Position numbers and translations under genes: made by a program. Positions 1 to 10,687 of a stretch of DNA of 64,000 bases are shown one piece after another. Under the pieces are notes generated by a model, which did not search any database, was not told where the DNA came from, and saw nothing but the letters and a program-made list of their open reading frames with translations. The stretch comes from an uncultured Eubacteriales bacterium. Lineage in GTDB: Bacteria > Bacillota > Clostridia > Christensenellales > CAG-917. Where the stretch lies: positions 89,866-153,865 of the forward strand of contig URAF01000002.1 in assembly GCA_900545885.1 (NCBI GenBank), read 5' to 3'. Within the stretch, counting starts at the first letter, position 1. The number at the start of each line of letters is the position of its first letter.

Positions 1-1
1 A

Positions 2-220
2 GGCAAGTGCATAGGCTGTTCTGGCGCTTGTGTTTCGTGTTCGGAATGTCCCGCGGTTCACAAATGCACGAGAAGCGCGACCGAGAAATACGAACGTACG
101 CTTGAATACGCGCTTGTAAAAAAGGAAAAACCCTGTTATAATATAGAAAAACAACCCGTTACGTCGGAAACGACGGACGCGGAAACTACGGGCGGAGAGC
201 ATAACAGCGAACCGCAATAA
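2..220 (+). CDS. 3' end of a Cys-rich (Fe-S cluster-like) protein; the gene starts upstream of the window
   Basis: Frame 2 is open from the window edge to TAA at 218-220. It translates to GKCIGCSGACVSCSECPAV..., a ferredoxin-like Cys cluster ending in CP. There is no start codon, so it is absent from the ORF track. Confidence 0.35.
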   Translation, partial: GKCIGCSGACVSCSECPAVHKCTRSATEKYERTLEYALVKKEKPCYNIEKQPVTSETTDAETTGGEHNSEPQ

Positions 221-291
221 AGCATAGCACAGTTGCCAAAGCGACAATCGAACGGCAACCGCGATGCAGGGGAACGGAAGACGAGGCTTAT

Positions 292-1374
292 ATGTGGTTT
301 GTATTTGCGGTATTGACTGTTGCGGTCGTAGCGTCGGCAGGGTTGGCACGCAGATTTGCGGGCAAACAGGATTTTATCGTGCGTATTACATCGACGGCGG
401 GAGTTCTTTTCGGACTCGTTGCCGTCGTGTTTTATTTGTCGGCGCGTGACGCGGTTTCGGCGTCCGAAATGTTGAGATATTTCCCTGTTGCGGTTTTGAG
501 ATTGGCATCGGTGGTTGCCGTGCTTGCGGCACTAGACCTTTTTTCACGTTCGGCAGCTTCTTTCGTGACACCGACTTACGGCGCGTTTGCCGCGCTTGTA
601 TGCGTGACCGCATTCGGTGCCGTCACCGACACCGCGGAAACGGCAGGCATAATTCTTACGGCAACGGGCGCGGCGGGCGTATATATGCTGACCGCTTATA
701 TGAGCAGAAAACCGTCGCGTCAAACGGACGTCAGTCAAACCCGTGCGCGCATTGCGCTTGCCGAAATAGTCATACCTCTGGCGGTGTTTGCGCTTTGCCT
801 TGCAACGGCGATAGCAGACGCCGTATATCTCGACGAAATGAACCTTGCGGGCAAAGAGTCCGCCATCGTGACGCAAGGCGCGGTATGTTTTGCGGCAGGT
901 GTGATTTGCATTGTTTACAGAACGTTGTCACTCCGTGCGGCAAAACGTGAAGCGCATAGCAAAGTGACCGCCAATGCGGAAAAGAGCATATTCGACGAAA
1001 TGCGTTCCGAGGATAAACGTGCGGACTTTTCGTCGGGTGCCGTTACGGTTGCAGACGCGGTTTCGGAAGAAAACACGGCAAATGCAAAACCGACGGGCGA
1101 AAAGAGTTCTGCGGTCGGGAGCGTTGTTGCTTACGTCAAGGACTCGAAGTGGCTGATTGCCTGCGCAGTTGCTTGCGTCGCGGGTTCGGTGACTGCGGTT
1201 TATGCCGCGGCATTGAACGCCGTAGCCGCAATTCCACTTATGGCAAGCGCATTGGTTGCACCCGCTTTGTCCGCAAAACTTTTCGCAAAGGCAAAGACTG
1301 CGGCAATTGCCGTTGCCTGTCTTGCGGTCGTGGTCGGAGGCATAATATCTTTCGGCATAAGTCTGGCTCTTTAA
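292..1374 (+). CDS. Polytopic membrane protein, function unknown
   Basis: 360-aa ORF with many hydrophobic Ala/Val-rich segments split by a hydrophilic central linker. A purine-rich RBS lies upstream, and codon usage matches the neighbours. Confidence 0.55.
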   Translation: MWFVFAVLTVAVVASAGLARRFAGKQDFIVRITSTAGVLFGLVAVVFYLSARDAVSASEMLRYFPVAVLRLASVVAVLAALDLFSRSAASFVTPTYGAFAALVCVTAFGAVTDTAETAGIILTATGAAGVYMLTAYMSRKPSRQTDVSQTRARIALAEIVIPLAVFALCLATAIADAVYLDEMNLAGKESAIVTQGAVCFAAGVICIVYRTLSLRAAKREAHSKVTANAEKSIFDEMRSEDKRADFSSGAVTVADAVSEENTANAKPTGEKSSAVGSVVAYVKDSKWLIACAVACVAGSVTAVYAAALNAVAAIPLMASALVAPALSAKLFAKAKTAAIAVACLAVVVGGIISFGISLAL

Positions 1375-1493
1375 GCGATTTACTTCTGACAGCCGCCTTT
1401 TATTTCCGACAGTAGCACTTATGCCTTGTGTCGAAAAAGGCAACATTCGGCATTTCATGACCGATAAAGATATCCGAAAAAAAGCAGCAAAAT

Positions 1494-1528
1494 AAAACGC
1501 CTTGCTCCAAACAAGGCGTTTATTGTTA
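1494..1528. terminator. Bidirectional intrinsic terminator between convergent genes
   Basis: Stem aacgccttg (1496-1504) pairs with caaggcgtt (1512-1520). It has A-rich and T-rich flanks. Confidence 0.6.
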
Positions 1529-1559
1529 TGTTTTGAGAGTTTAACAGTATTTTGCGCGA

Positions 1560-2447
1560 TTATTCGACGGTTATGTTCCAGATGAGTTCGTATGTCGCGC
1601 GCGGCGAGAGCTGGAACATATCGCGTTTGGTCGCAAGGTCGTCCACGACTCCGTCGTAGGCGGGCAGGCTCGTCCAGGGTTCGAGGGCAACGTACGGCGA
1701 TTCCTTTTTGGGTGCGTGCCATATGCCCAGATATTTCATTGCGTCGGGGACTTCCAGCGTTACGCTCTTTGCGTTCTTTTTGCAACGCAGGGAAATTGTC
1801 TTGGACGCGTTTTCGAGGACGATTGCGTCGCGGTCGAACAGAGAGTGACGGAGAGGCAGATATTTGCCTTCTTCAAGCGGGAATTCGTCCGTGCGTTCCG
1901 TGATATAGCAAGTGTCCGACATGTAAATGGAGCGGGGCGCGCAGGCGGGCGAAAACTCGACATAATAGTCCTCGAAGGTTTCGCCTTCGCCCTTGCCGAG
2001 CGGTACGTTGAAACCGGGGTGTCCGCCGAGAGAGAAGGGCATAACTTTGTCGGAGCGGTTGGTTACGCTGATTTCAGTTTTTACGGTTTTGCCGACGAGA
2101 GTATAGCAGATGTGGTATTCGAAGTCGAAAGGATACATCGCACGGGTGCGGTCGTCGGATTTCAGGCAGAAGTCGATTTTGTCGCACGCGAGAACAGTGG
2201 CTTCGAGAGTGCTTTTGCGAAGGAACCCGTGAAGGTTCATTTCGTAGGTTTTGCCTTCGTAAGTGTATTTTCCTTCCGTGAGTCGGCCGCAAATCGGGAA
2301 AAGGTTGTAAGCTCTGCCGCCCCAGAATTCGGGGTTGCCTTGCCAAAGATATTCCGTGCCGTCTTCGCGCAGTACGATTGACATAAGTTCCGCGCCCGCA
2401 TCGGACACTTTGACCTCGATAAAGTCGTTGTAAACAGTGTAAAGCAT
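1560..2447 (-). CDS. Aldose 1-epimerase (galactose mutarotase-like) family protein
   Basis: The protein from MLYTVYNDFIEVKVSDAGAEL... contains NLFPICGRL and GGHPGFNVP-type mutarotase motifs. The ATG at 2447 is preceded by an AAGGAGGAA RBS. The longer 340-aa ORF would run through a terminator. Confidence 0.8.
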   Translation of the reverse strand: MLYTVYNDFIEVKVSDAGAELMSIVLREDGTEYLWQGNPEFWGGRAYNLFPICGRLTEGKYTYEGKTYEMNLHGFLRKSTLEATVLACDKIDFCLKSDDRTRAMYPFDFEYHICYTLVGKTVKTEISVTNRSDKVMPFSLGGHPGFNVPLGKGEGETFEDYYVEFSPACAPRSIYMSDTCYITERTDEFPLEEGKYLPLRHSLFDRDAIVLENASKTISLRCKKNAKSVTLEVPDAMKYLGIWHAPKKESPYVALEPWTSLPAYDGVVDDLATKRDMFQLSPRATYELIWNITVE

Positions 2448-2530
2448 AAATTCCTCCTTATCGCAACAACTGCAATTCATATTATACACCGAATAGGTAC
2501 ATAGTTCAATAGTTAATTTTTTGCAAACGT

Positions 2531-2565
2531 CAAAGAAAAGAAAAAAGCGCAATCTATTGCGCTTT
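2531..2565 (-). terminator. Intrinsic terminator of the Na/Pi-RR-HK operon
   Basis: On the minus strand, a stem aagcgcaa/ttgcgctt is followed by TTTTTTCTTTTCTTT. Confidence 0.7.
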
Positions 2566-2757
2566 GATTTGCGGTAATTCAATTCGTGTTTGAAAATTCA
2601 CACCGCTTTGCTTAGTGCGGCTTGACTTTTTCGACTTAATTATGTCTGCTTGATTTATATCTGTTCGGCGGTTTTATCGGTTGTGTTTGTTTTATCACGT
2701 TAACGTGGCAGGGGACAAGTACGATTGGCCGTCAAATCGTGCGTACAAATAAGCCGT

Positions 2758-4107
2758 TCAGAAATAAATGCGGAAGGTTGTGCCTTCGTCGAGTTTGCTT
2801 GTAACTGTGAGTTTCCAGCCCGCGCGGTCGCAAAGTTTTTTCACGACGGCAAGTCCAAGCCCGAAACCGCCGTTTTTGCCGTTGTGCGACTTATCGACGG
2901 TGAAGAAACGGCTGAATATCTTGTCGAGGTTTTCTTCGGCAATGCCTATACCCGTATCGCTCACTTCCGCATACGGGTCGGTGCCGCCTTTGACGGAAAC
3001 GGAAATGGCGCCTTCGGGTTTGTTGTAGCGCGTGGCGTTGCGAATGAGGTTGCCGAATATTTCCGTCAGGCGTTCGTGACGGCTTGCGACGGTAACGTCG
3101 GGGTCAATGTCCAGCGTAAGGGTAAGTCCTTTCTGTTCGATGCTGGGTTGGAGCGACTCGGCGACTTCGCGCGCGATTGCCGATACGTTGCATTCGTAGG
3201 CGGGCAGTTCGTCGTTGTCGAGCTCGTTGTAGTTGATTATGCAGGCGATAAGCCCCGAAAGCCTGTCAGACTGCGCTTTGATTATGCGTACGGCTTTCAG
3301 TTTGGTTTCTTCGTCGAGGTTGCCGCTTTCGAGCAGTTCCGCAAACCCTTTTATGCTGGTAAGCGGCGTGTTCATCTCGTGGGTTATGTTGGAGATAAAC
3401 TCGTTTTTGGACTCCTGCGCGCTTGCCACACGTGCCTGTTCGTGTTTGATTACGTCCATCTGTCTTTCTATTTCCTCGTTTTTGCGGTTGAGGATTTCCG
3501 CGATGGGATAAAGTTCTTTGTACTTGGTTTCCAAAGGAGCGGAAAGCCGCGATTTCTTTGCAAGTTCCTCGACGGGTTTGAGCGTGTACGCGGTGGTGAA
3601 GTAGGTGAATATCAGGCAGAATACTATGTCGATTGCGAGGAACCACGCAATGGTAGGCAGCGAGTTGAGAATGACGTCCCATTCCGACGACGTTTCGATT
3701 GCCAGCCTTACCATTCTGTCGTCGAACTTCTTGCAGAAGTAGAGCAGGTCTTTGCCCACGGTGTCCGAACGTCTGGTCGACGCGCCTTCGCCGTTGAGCA
3801 TTGCGATTTTGACTTCTTCTCTGTCCGCTCGGGACTGTCCGACTTCCGTGCCCGCGCTGTCGCCCGTAACCGTGCCGTCGAGGTCGAGGAAAGTTACCCG
3901 TGCGCCGCCGAGCTGACGGCTGAGTTCCTGCGCTCCTGCGGTATCGTTGGAAAATTCGTCAGCCGAAAAGACGTTCATTTGCGCCCGCAGGAAATTTTTG
4001 CTGTTTTCGAGCAATGAGCGGTACGACAAATTCGTCGTAACGAGAGAGAACAGGGTAAGCCCCAGAAAGGTAATGAGCAGAGTTGTGAGAAGAATGCGTT
4101 TTCTCAT
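2758..4107 (-). CDS. Sensor histidine kinase (HisKA + HATPase_c)
   Basis: H-box NEFISNITHEMNTPL, N-box LIRNATRY, and G-boxes DTGIGI and GGFGLGLAVV. Two N-terminal TM segments flank a sensor domain. Confidence 0.9.
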   Translation of the reverse strand: MRKRILLTTLLITFLGLTLFSLVTTNLSYRSLLENSKNFLRAQMNVFSADEFSNDTAGAQELSRQLGGARVTFLDLDGTVTGDSAGTEVGQSRADREEVKIAMLNGEGASTRRSDTVGKDLLYFCKKFDDRMVRLAIETSSEWDVILNSLPTIAWFLAIDIVFCLIFTYFTTAYTLKPVEELAKKSRLSAPLETKYKELYPIAEILNRKNEEIERQMDVIKHEQARVASAQESKNEFISNITHEMNTPLTSIKGFAELLESGNLDEETKLKAVRIIKAQSDRLSGLIACIINYNELDNDELPAYECNVSAIAREVAESLQPSIEQKGLTLTLDIDPDVTVASRHERLTEIFGNLIRNATRYNKPEGAISVSVKGGTDPYAEVSDTGIGIAEENLDKIFSRFFTVDKSHNGKNGGFGLGLAVVKKLCDRAGWKLTVTSKLDEGTTFRIYF

Positions 4108-4121
4108 TTTACGTCAGCGTG

Positions 4122-4772
4122 TCACGCCTTGAATTTGTAGCCTACGCCGAATACCGTTTCGAAATTGAAGCCGAGTTTACGCAGATGGCTGACGTAGTTG
4201 TCGATTGTACGGGTTTCGCCGCCTTCGTAACCCCAGACGTTTGTGAGCAGTTCGTCGCGGGTTAGAACTTTACCCGGGTTTTCGAGCGCGTATTGCAGAA
4301 GTTTGAATTCCTTGCCCGAAAGACTGATTTCCTTGTCGTCCACTGTAACCGTCATTCTGTCGCAGTCCATAACGATGTTGCCGACTTGCAGCACGGGCTG
4401 TTTCTTTTTCATTCTGCGGAACACCGCCGCGATTTTGGCGGAAAATTCCAGAATGCCGAAAGGTTTTGCGATATAGTCGTCCGCGCCGAGGTTGAGACCG
4501 TGGACTTTGTCCGTTTCCTTTCCGAGCGCAGAAAGCATTATGCAGTAGGTTTCGGGATATTTTTCTTTAATCCAGGTGAGAACTTCGAGTCCGTTGCCGT
4601 CGCCGAGCATAATATCGAGGACGGCAATGCGAGGGCACTTGTGAGCGACCGCTTCCTTGAACGCTTTGACGGTCGTGAAAGTGTGACAATCTATGTCGTT
4701 GAGTTGGAGCGTGCATTTGACAAGGTCGCAAATGCTGTCGTCGTCTTCAAGCAGATAAACAATTTTCTCCAT
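4122..4772 (-). CDS. OmpR/PhoB-family response regulator
   Basis: Receiver domain (LLEDDD ... VLDIMLGDGNGL ... KP) plus a winged-helix C-terminus (LSGKEFKLLQYAL ... GVGYKF). GAGGTG RBS. Confidence 0.9.
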   Translation of the reverse strand: MEKIVYLLEDDDSICDLVKCTLQLNDIDCHTFTTVKAFKEAVAHKCPRIAVLDIMLGDGNGLEVLTWIKEKYPETYCIMLSALGKETDKVHGLNLGADDYIAKPFGILEFSAKIAAVFRRMKKKQPVLQVGNIVMDCDRMTVTVDDKEISLSGKEFKLLQYALENPGKVLTRDELLTNVWGYEGGETRTIDNYVSHLRKLGFNFETVFGVGYKFKA

Positions 4773-4862
4773 ATAACACCTCGTGTTTATATGATAACAC
4801 AGCGCGTCGGATATTAAAAGTCAATGAACGAAATTGACTTTTCGAAACCTCGGGAGAGTCGC

Positions 4863-6506
4863 TCAGACGTTTTCGACGCTGTGGGCGATGTAGTTGAGAT
4901 GGTCGCCGACACGTTCGAGGTTGCAGACTAGGTTGATGAAAACGCCGCTGCTTTCGGGACGGCATTCGCCGTTGCCGAGACGGTAGATGTGGTCTTTGAT
5001 GAGCGACTTGCGTTTGCTGTCCACGGTGTTTTCGAGCTCGTCGATTTCCTTGAACAGAGACACGTCTTTCTTGATGAGGGCGTCGCCCGATTTTTCGGAC
5101 ATGGAGTTCAAAAGCGACATCATATCCTGGATTTCCTCTTTGACTTTGGGGGAGAAGTGCAGGTTGTCTTTTACCGCGCGGCGGGTGTACTTGGTGACGT
5201 TGTCGGCAAGTTCCGCAATACGGTTTATGTCGCCTATGCAAGCGTGCAGCGCAGTAATGCGTTTTTCGAGGTCGAGGGTTGCGTCGTATGCCGAAATCTG
5301 AACGAGATAAGAGCTGATGTTTTGCAGACTTTCGTTGATATCGTCGTTGATTTTGTTGATTTCTTCGGTCTTGGTGTTGTCCTGTTCGAGGAAGGCGGAA
5401 ACCGCAGAATCAAGACATTTTGTTGCTGTTTTGAGCGTATCAAGTGCTTCTTCGGTTGCGTTCTCCACGGCGATGACGGGAGTTGCAAGCAGACGTTTGT
5501 CGAGTTTTGTGACTTCTTCGCCCTCGGGCTTCTTGTCCTTTTTGCGTTCACGTACGATGAGCGACGAAAGCTTGACGAACAGGTTTGTGAAGGGCAGGAA
5601 CAGTATGGTGCAGATGACGTTGAAGAAGGTGTGGAACATTGCTATCTGCGTGCTGGGATAGCCCGGGAACCACTGTTCGAGAGTCATGCTCATCATATCT
5701 TTCCAGCAGATGAGAATTGTGAAGAAGATTATCGAACCGATAACGTTGAACAGCAGGTGAATGACGGCAGCGCGTTTTGCGTAGACGTTTGCGCCGATAG
5801 ATGAAAGCAGGGCGGTTACGCACGTTCCGATGTTGGTGCCGAGGATTACGAAAAGCACGGAGTTTCCGCCGCCGCCAATTATGATACCCGCAGACGCCAT
5901 GGAAATGAGTATGGAAGTGACCGCCGAGCTGCTCTGAACGACAGCCGTTACCGCTATGCCGAGGAAGAAGAGAAGGAAAGGATTGTTTATGCTTGCGAAG
6001 AGGTCGAGGACGGCTTGACTCTGTTTTACCATTGTCATTGCGTCCGCCATTATGCCGAGACCTACGAAAACCAGACCCAGACCTGCAACGGCGTAAGATA
6101 CGGTGCACACCTTTTCTTTTTTGCTGAACATTGCGACCAGCACGCCGATGCCCGTAAGCGCCATTGCGAACGTCGCGACGTCGAACGCCTGCAAAGCCGC
6201 AATCTGTGCCGTTACCGTCGTGCCTATATTCGCGCCCATTATGATTGTGGTTGCCTGCGCAAGCGTCATTACTCCCGCGTTGACAAGGCCGACGACCATA
6301 ACCGTTGTAAGACTTGAACTCTGAATTATCGCCGTCGTTACCGTGCCGATGCCGACGCCGACAAGTTTACTGCGCGAAGTTTTGTGGAAAAGGTTTCTGA
6401 GACGGGAAGTCGCAAGTTTCTCCATGTTGTCGGAGAGAAGCTTGACACCGAGCAAGAATGCGCCCAGTCCCGCTATCAACTCGAAAACTGCGTAAGCGTA
6501 TTGCAT
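4863..6506 (-). CDS. Na+/phosphate cotransporter family protein with C-terminal PhoU-like domains
   Basis: Duplicated QSSSxTT motifs (IQSSSLTTVMVV and VQSSSAVTSILI) sit in a polytopic N-half. The C-half is a helical PhoU-like region. AAGGTGA RBS. Confidence 0.9.
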   Translation of the reverse strand: MQYAYAVFELIAGLGAFLLGVKLLSDNMEKLATSRLRNLFHKTSRSKLVGVGIGTVTTAIIQSSSLTTVMVVGLVNAGVMTLAQATTIIMGANIGTTVTAQIAALQAFDVATFAMALTGIGVLVAMFSKKEKVCTVSYAVAGLGLVFVGLGIMADAMTMVKQSQAVLDLFASINNPFLLFFLGIAVTAVVQSSSAVTSILISMASAGIIIGGGGNSVLFVILGTNIGTCVTALLSSIGANVYAKRAAVIHLLFNVIGSIIFFTILICWKDMMSMTLEQWFPGYPSTQIAMFHTFFNVICTILFLPFTNLFVKLSSLIVRERKKDKKPEGEEVTKLDKRLLATPVIAVENATEEALDTLKTATKCLDSAVSAFLEQDNTKTEEINKINDDINESLQNISSYLVQISAYDATLDLEKRITALHACIGDINRIAELADNVTKYTRRAVKDNLHFSPKVKEEIQDMMSLLNSMSEKSGDALIKKDVSLFKEIDELENTVDSKRKSLIKDHIYRLGNGECRPESSGVFINLVCNLERVGDHLNYIAHSVENV

Positions 6507-6627
6507 AAATCACCTTAGTATGAATTTTGTTTTTTACCTTTTTTTTACATTCCGACCGCGAATGTAACCGTCATTTTCCGATTTTTGTCGACTTACACTA
6601 TAAGGCTATCTCAAATTAACCCCGATT

Positions 6628-6645
6628 ATGTCACGCAAATGTCAC
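6628..6645 (-). promoter_or_regulatory. Candidate response-regulator (Pho-box-like) direct repeat upstream of the Na/Pi gene
   Basis: ATGTCAC occurs at 6628-6634 and again at 6639-6645, an 11-bp period. On the minus strand this reads GTGACAT-N4-GTGACAT, about 120 nt upstream of the start at 6506. Confidence 0.3.
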
Positions 6646-6777
6646 AAAATTGTAAAAAAAGAAAAATATCGTGTTTTGGCGGTTTTTAGTAGTATTTTAA
6701 TCTTGCATATGATAATATAGTTAGAGCGCGCACACTCACCAACAGGGTAAATGCCTGCGCATTACTACGGAGACAAT

Positions 6778-9489
6778 ATGCTGAAACTACTCGAAATTAC
6801 CAAAGAATATAAGGTGGACGAGGAGAGCGTACTCGCACTCCACAACGTTTCCATCGAATTTCGCGATAATGAATTCGTGTCCATTTTGGGTCCTTCCGGC
6901 TGCGGCAAAACCACTTTGCTGAATATAATCGGAGGCCTTGACAGATATACAAGCGGCGATATACAGATTGACGGAGTTTCCACCGAAGAGTACGACGACG
7001 TCGACTGGGACACTTACCGCAACCAGAAAATAGGTTTCGTTTTCCAATCCTACAACCTTATCCCTCATATGAACGTTCTCAAAAACGTTGCGCTGAGCCT
7101 GACTCTTGCGGGCGTCGGCAAGGAGGAAAGCAGAGCGCGTGCAATGGAAGCGCTCCGCAAGGTCGGACTTGAAAAACAGGCGAAAAAGAAACCTAACCAG
7201 ATGTCGGGAGGACAGATGCAGCGTGTGGCGATAGCCCGTGCTCTTGTCAACAATCCCGACATTATTCTTGCCGACGAACCCACGGGCGCATTGGACAGCG
7301 AGTCGGGTTTGCAGGTTATGGAACTGCTCAAAGAAGTCGCCAAAGACAGACTTGTCATCATGGTCACTCACAACGGGCAGCTTGCCGAAGAATACAGTAC
7401 ACGTATCGTAAACCTGAAAGACGGTGAAATAGTCGGCGACACAATGCCTTATGACAGCACGGCGGACGGTTCCGTGCTTGCGGACGGTGTCGAAGTCGAA
7501 AAAGAATACGTCACGGAACTCGTCACCGCGGACGGCGAAGAACTCATTTACGACGAGAAAACCCTTCTCGTCAAACCCGTGAAGAAAAAAGGATTCTTCC
7601 AAAGACTGAAAGAGCGCATTCGGAAAGAAAAGGTCAAGGAAAAATCTTCGATGTCCGTCGGAACCGCCGTTAACCTTTCATTCAACAACCTTCTCAGCAA
7701 AAAGGGCAGAACGTTGCTTACGTCGATTGCGGGAAGTATCGGTATCATCGGTATCATTCTCGTACTTGCGCTGTCGGGCGGCGTGAACGGATATATTCAT
7801 ACGCTCGAAGAAAACGCTCTTTCGCAGTACCCGATTACGATAAAACGTCAGGACCTCGACCTTGCGGCCGTCCTCGATATGATGAGTTCGCAGAACGGCA
7901 ACAGCAATCCGGAGTTTCCCGACGACGGGCAGATTAACATCAGCAAAATGCTCGGACTTATTCTCAAAGAAAACATTTTCGGCGAGAACGACCTTGCAGC
8001 TTTGAAATCTTATATCGACGAAAACTTCGACGATAGCCTTGGCGTCGTCAAGTACAATTACGGTACGACGTTCAACGTTTACGCGCAGGACCCCAAAAAG
8101 CCCGACAAGTATATGAAAGTCAACCCGTTCACGGACGTTATGAACGAGGTTCTTGGCGGTCTTGACCTCGGCAGCATGTTGGGCGGATTGTCCGACCTAG
8201 CAAGTGCGTTTACAGCGACGTGGGACGAGCTTTCCACCAACCAGAAACTTCTCGATCAACAGTATGACGTAATCGGCGGAAGATGGCCGCAGACCGCAAA
8301 CGAGGTCGTTGTTGTCGTTGACTCCCGTAATCAGTTGCCCGACTATGCAATGTTCATGCTCGGTATAAAATCCACTTCGGATATAGCGGGTGCCATAACG
8401 GGCAGCGATAGTTTCTACGATCCTTTCTCAATCGACGATTTGCTCAACCTCGAATACAAACTCATGAGCGACGCCGATTATTATTATCAGAACGAAGACG
8501 GTTCGTTCAGTTGCTATTCGCGCACTACGCTTGACAAGAGCGTTATTGACCAGTGCGATGGAATAAACATTGATGTCGTCGGCGTCATCAGACCCAGGCC
8601 CGGCGTGTCCGTTACGTCCGTAAACGGCGTCATAGGTTATACCAAAGCGCTCACTCTCGAAATGCTGCGCAGAATAGAAACCAATCAGGCTGTTGCCGCG
8701 CAGTTGAATGCGTACGAATCCGCGCAAATGCCCGAGATAACCGACCAGTTCATCAAATATCAATCGGCTCTCGACGTCAATTTCAGAACGTCTATTACCC
8801 TCGAAGTCAAAAATGAGGAAACCGGTAAATACGAAGCAAAAGAGTTTACAGGCATAAGGGCGGGCGAAACCGTATTCTCCGAGGAGTTGCACGAAAAAAT
8901 CGTTACGGAACTCGGCGTCGCCGATGTCGACAATCCGTTTACGATAAAGATTTACTGTTCGTCGTTTGAAAATAAAGGCGAGATAGAGGCTTTCCTCGAC
9001 AGATATACCGCCGAAACCAAAAACGATTTGAAATACACCGACACGCTTGCGGTCATGATGAGTTTCGTTGAAGAAATGAGCACGACAATGACCAACGTTC
9101 TGGTCGGATTTGCAGCAATCTCGCTTATCGTTTCAACGATAATGATTGCAATCATCATCTACACGTCGGTGCTCGAACGCCGCAAGGAAATCGGCGTACT
9201 CAGAAGTCTGGGCGCCAGAAAGAAGGATATATCGCGCGTGTTCATTGCCGAGTCCGCGATGCTCGGGTGCTACTCGGGCGTCATAGGCATAATCATGAGC
9301 TTGATTTTCGCAGCAATCGGAAACGTAATTCTTGCGGTTGTGCTGAAAATCCCCAACCTTATGATTATCGAATGGTGGCACTATGTCGCGATGTTCTGCG
9401 TCAGCGTATTGCTCAGTATGTTCGCGGGGTTCATTCCTTCAAGGATTGCCGCGAAGAAAGACCCGACGGTTGCACTCCGAAGCGAATAA
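6778..9489 (+). CDS. Fused ABC transporter: MacB/FtsX-type ATPase plus permease with a large extracytoplasmic domain
   Basis: Walker [10 protein letters not shown], signature [15 protein letters not shown] and Walker B ILADEPT. These are followed by a TM segment, a roughly 400-aa extracellular region and a C-terminal FtsX-like 3-TM bundle. The ATG at 6778 has a GGAG RBS; the alternative ATG at 6751 does not. Confidence 0.85.
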   Translation: MLKLLEITKEYKVDEESVLALHNVSIEFRDNEFVSILGPSGCGKTTLLNIIGGLDRYTSGDIQIDGVSTEEYDDVDWDTYRNQKIGFVFQSYNLIPHMNVLKNVALSLTLAGVGKEESRARAMEALRKVGLEKQAKKKPNQMSGGQMQRVAIARALVNNPDIILADEPTGALDSESGLQVMELLKEVAKDRLVIMVTHNGQLAEEYSTRIVNLKDGEIVGDTMPYDSTADGSVLADGVEVEKEYVTELVTADGEELIYDEKTLLVKPVKKKGFFQRLKERIRKEKVKEKSSMSVGTAVNLSFNNLLSKKGRTLLTSIAGSIGIIGIILVLALSGGVNGYIHTLEENALSQYPITIKRQDLDLAAVLDMMSSQNGNSNPEFPDDGQINISKMLGLILKENIFGENDLAALKSYIDENFDDSLGVVKYNYGTTFNVYAQDPKKPDKYMKVNPFTDVMNEVLGGLDLGSMLGGLSDLASAFTATWDELSTNQKLLDQQYDVIGGRWPQTANEVVVVVDSRNQLPDYAMFMLGIKSTSDIAGAITGSDSFYDPFSIDDLLNLEYKLMSDADYYYQNEDGSFSCYSRTTLDKSVIDQCDGINIDVVGVIRPRPGVSVTSVNGVIGYTKALTLEMLRRIETNQAVAAQLNAYESAQMPEITDQFIKYQSALDVNFRTSITLEVKNEETGKYEAKEFTGIRAGETVFSEELHEKIVTELGVADVDNPFTIKIYCSSFENKGEIEAFLDRYTAETKNDLKYTDTLAVMMSFVEEMSTTMTNVLVGFAAISLIVSTIMIAIIIYTSVLERRKEIGVLRSLGARKKDISRVFIAESAMLGCYSGVIGIIMSLIFAAIGNVILAVVLKIPNLMIIEWWHYVAMFCVSVLLSMFAGFIPSRIAAKKDPTVALRSE

Positions 9490-9496
9490 ACAATAC

Positions 9497-9523
9497 CGCG
9501 CCCCGCAATGCGGGGCGTTTTTC
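9497..9523 (+). terminator. Intrinsic terminator
   Basis: Stem cgccccgc/gcggggcg followed by TTTTTC. Confidence 0.75.
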
Positions 9524-9652
9524 TGCCGAATGTTACCTCGCCACAATCTCAATGCGAGAAGTATTGTCAAAATTGTTCCGCACGAATCGATTTTGCATTG
9601 CGCATAAGTTGCAGGGTGTGAAAACATACGGATATTTCAGGGAGCGGAAATT

Positions 9653-10687
9653 ATGCTTGCTTACACTTACGTTGACAAAGGAGTTTTCGAACTCCGCAAT
9701 AAAGAAAAACCGCATATTATCGCGCCGCGCGATGCAGTTGTTCGCGTAACGCTTGCCAGCATATGCACAAGCGATTTGCACATAAAACACGGGTTCGTTC
9801 CCCGTGCGGTAAAAGGCATAACCGTCGGTCACGAAATGGTCGGCGTAGTGAAAGAGGTCGGAAGCGAAGTCAAAAACGTTGCCGCAGGTGACAGAGTTGC
9901 TGTGAACGTGGAGACCTTCTGCGGAGACTGCTTTTTCTGCAAAAACGGTTATGTCAACAACTGTACCGACCCAAACGGCGGTTGGGCAATGGGTTGCAGG
10001 ATAGACGGAGGGCAGGCGGAATATGTGCGTGTTCCTTATGCCGATTGCGGACTCAACAAAATACCTGACGGCGTGAGTGACGAACAGGCACTGTTTGTCG
10101 GCGATTTGCTGTCAACGGGATATTGGGCGACGGACATATCCGAAATTTCGTCCGACGATACCGTGCTGGTAATCGGTGCGGGACCCACGGGATTGTGTAC
10201 GTTGATGTGTACGGTGCTTAAAAATCCGGCGCGTATTATTGTCAGTGAACAGAACGCCGCAAGACGTGAGTTTGTGAAAAAGATGTTTCCCGATGTTACG
10301 GTGGTTGCTCCCGACGAAGTCAAAGAAACGGTTGCGCGTTTGTGTCCGCGCGGCGGAGCGGACCGCGTTATCGAAGTTGCGGGTACCGCGGAAACTTTCC
10401 GCACGGCTTGGGAGTGCGCAAGGCCCAACGCAATAGTTACCGTTGTTGCAATGTACGATGCGCCGCAAATTCTTCCTTTGCCCGATATGTACGGCAAAAA
10501 CCTTGTTTTCAAAACGGGAGGAGTCGACGCATGCAAGTGCGATAAAATTCTGGAACTCATAAAGCAGGGCAAGATAGACGCAACGCCGCTTATCACGCAT
10601 ACTTTTGCGTTGAAAGACATAGAGCGCGCTTACGAATTGTTCGAAAATCGTGAAGACGGCGTCGTAAAGGTCGCGATAAGACCTTGA
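9653..10687 (+). CDS. Zinc-dependent alcohol dehydrogenase (MDR family)
   Basis: Catalytic Zn motif CTSDLH ... GHEMVGVV, structural Zn cluster CGDCFFCKNGYVNNC, and Rossmann motif VIGAGPTG. Confidence 0.9.
   Translation: MLAYTYVDKGVFELRNKEKPHIIAPRDAVVRVTLASICTSDLHIKHGFVPRAVKGITVGHEMVGVVKEVGSEVKNVAAGDRVAVNVETFCGDCFFCKNGYVNNCTDPNGGWAMGCRIDGGQAEYVRVPYADCGLNKIPDGVSDEQALFVGDLLSTGYWATDISEISSDDTVLVIGAGPTGLCTLMCTVLKNPARIIVSEQNAARREFVKKMFPDVTVVAPDEVKETVARLCPRGGADRVIEVAGTAETFRTAWECARPNAIVTVVAMYDAPQILPLPDMYGKNLVFKTGGVDACKCDKILELIKQGKIDATPLITHTFALKDIERAYELFENREDGVVKVAIRP

Noticed and set aside
1560-2582. Full 340-aa version of the aldose epimerase ORF.
   Set aside because: The N-terminal 45 codons run through an intrinsic terminator (2531-2565) and AT-rich promoter-like DNA. 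The internal ATG at 2447 has a perfect AAGGAGGAA RBS, and homologous mutarotase sequence begins there.
2725-4017. Long antisense ORFs opposite well-supported genes. Examples: 2725-4017(+), 14923-16746(+), 19907-21538(-), 23123-24031(-), 25312-26304(-), 26704-27855(-), 28550-29749(-), 35473-37047(-), 36917-38650(-), 39060-40166(+), 53747-54733(-), 54730-55902(-) and 56113-57786(-).
   Set aside because: Each lies fully within a gene on the other strand that has unmistakable family motifs. Their translations are Arg/His/Phe/Val-rich low-information sequence with no motifs or RBS. This is typical of shadow ORFs in roughly 50% GC coding DNA.
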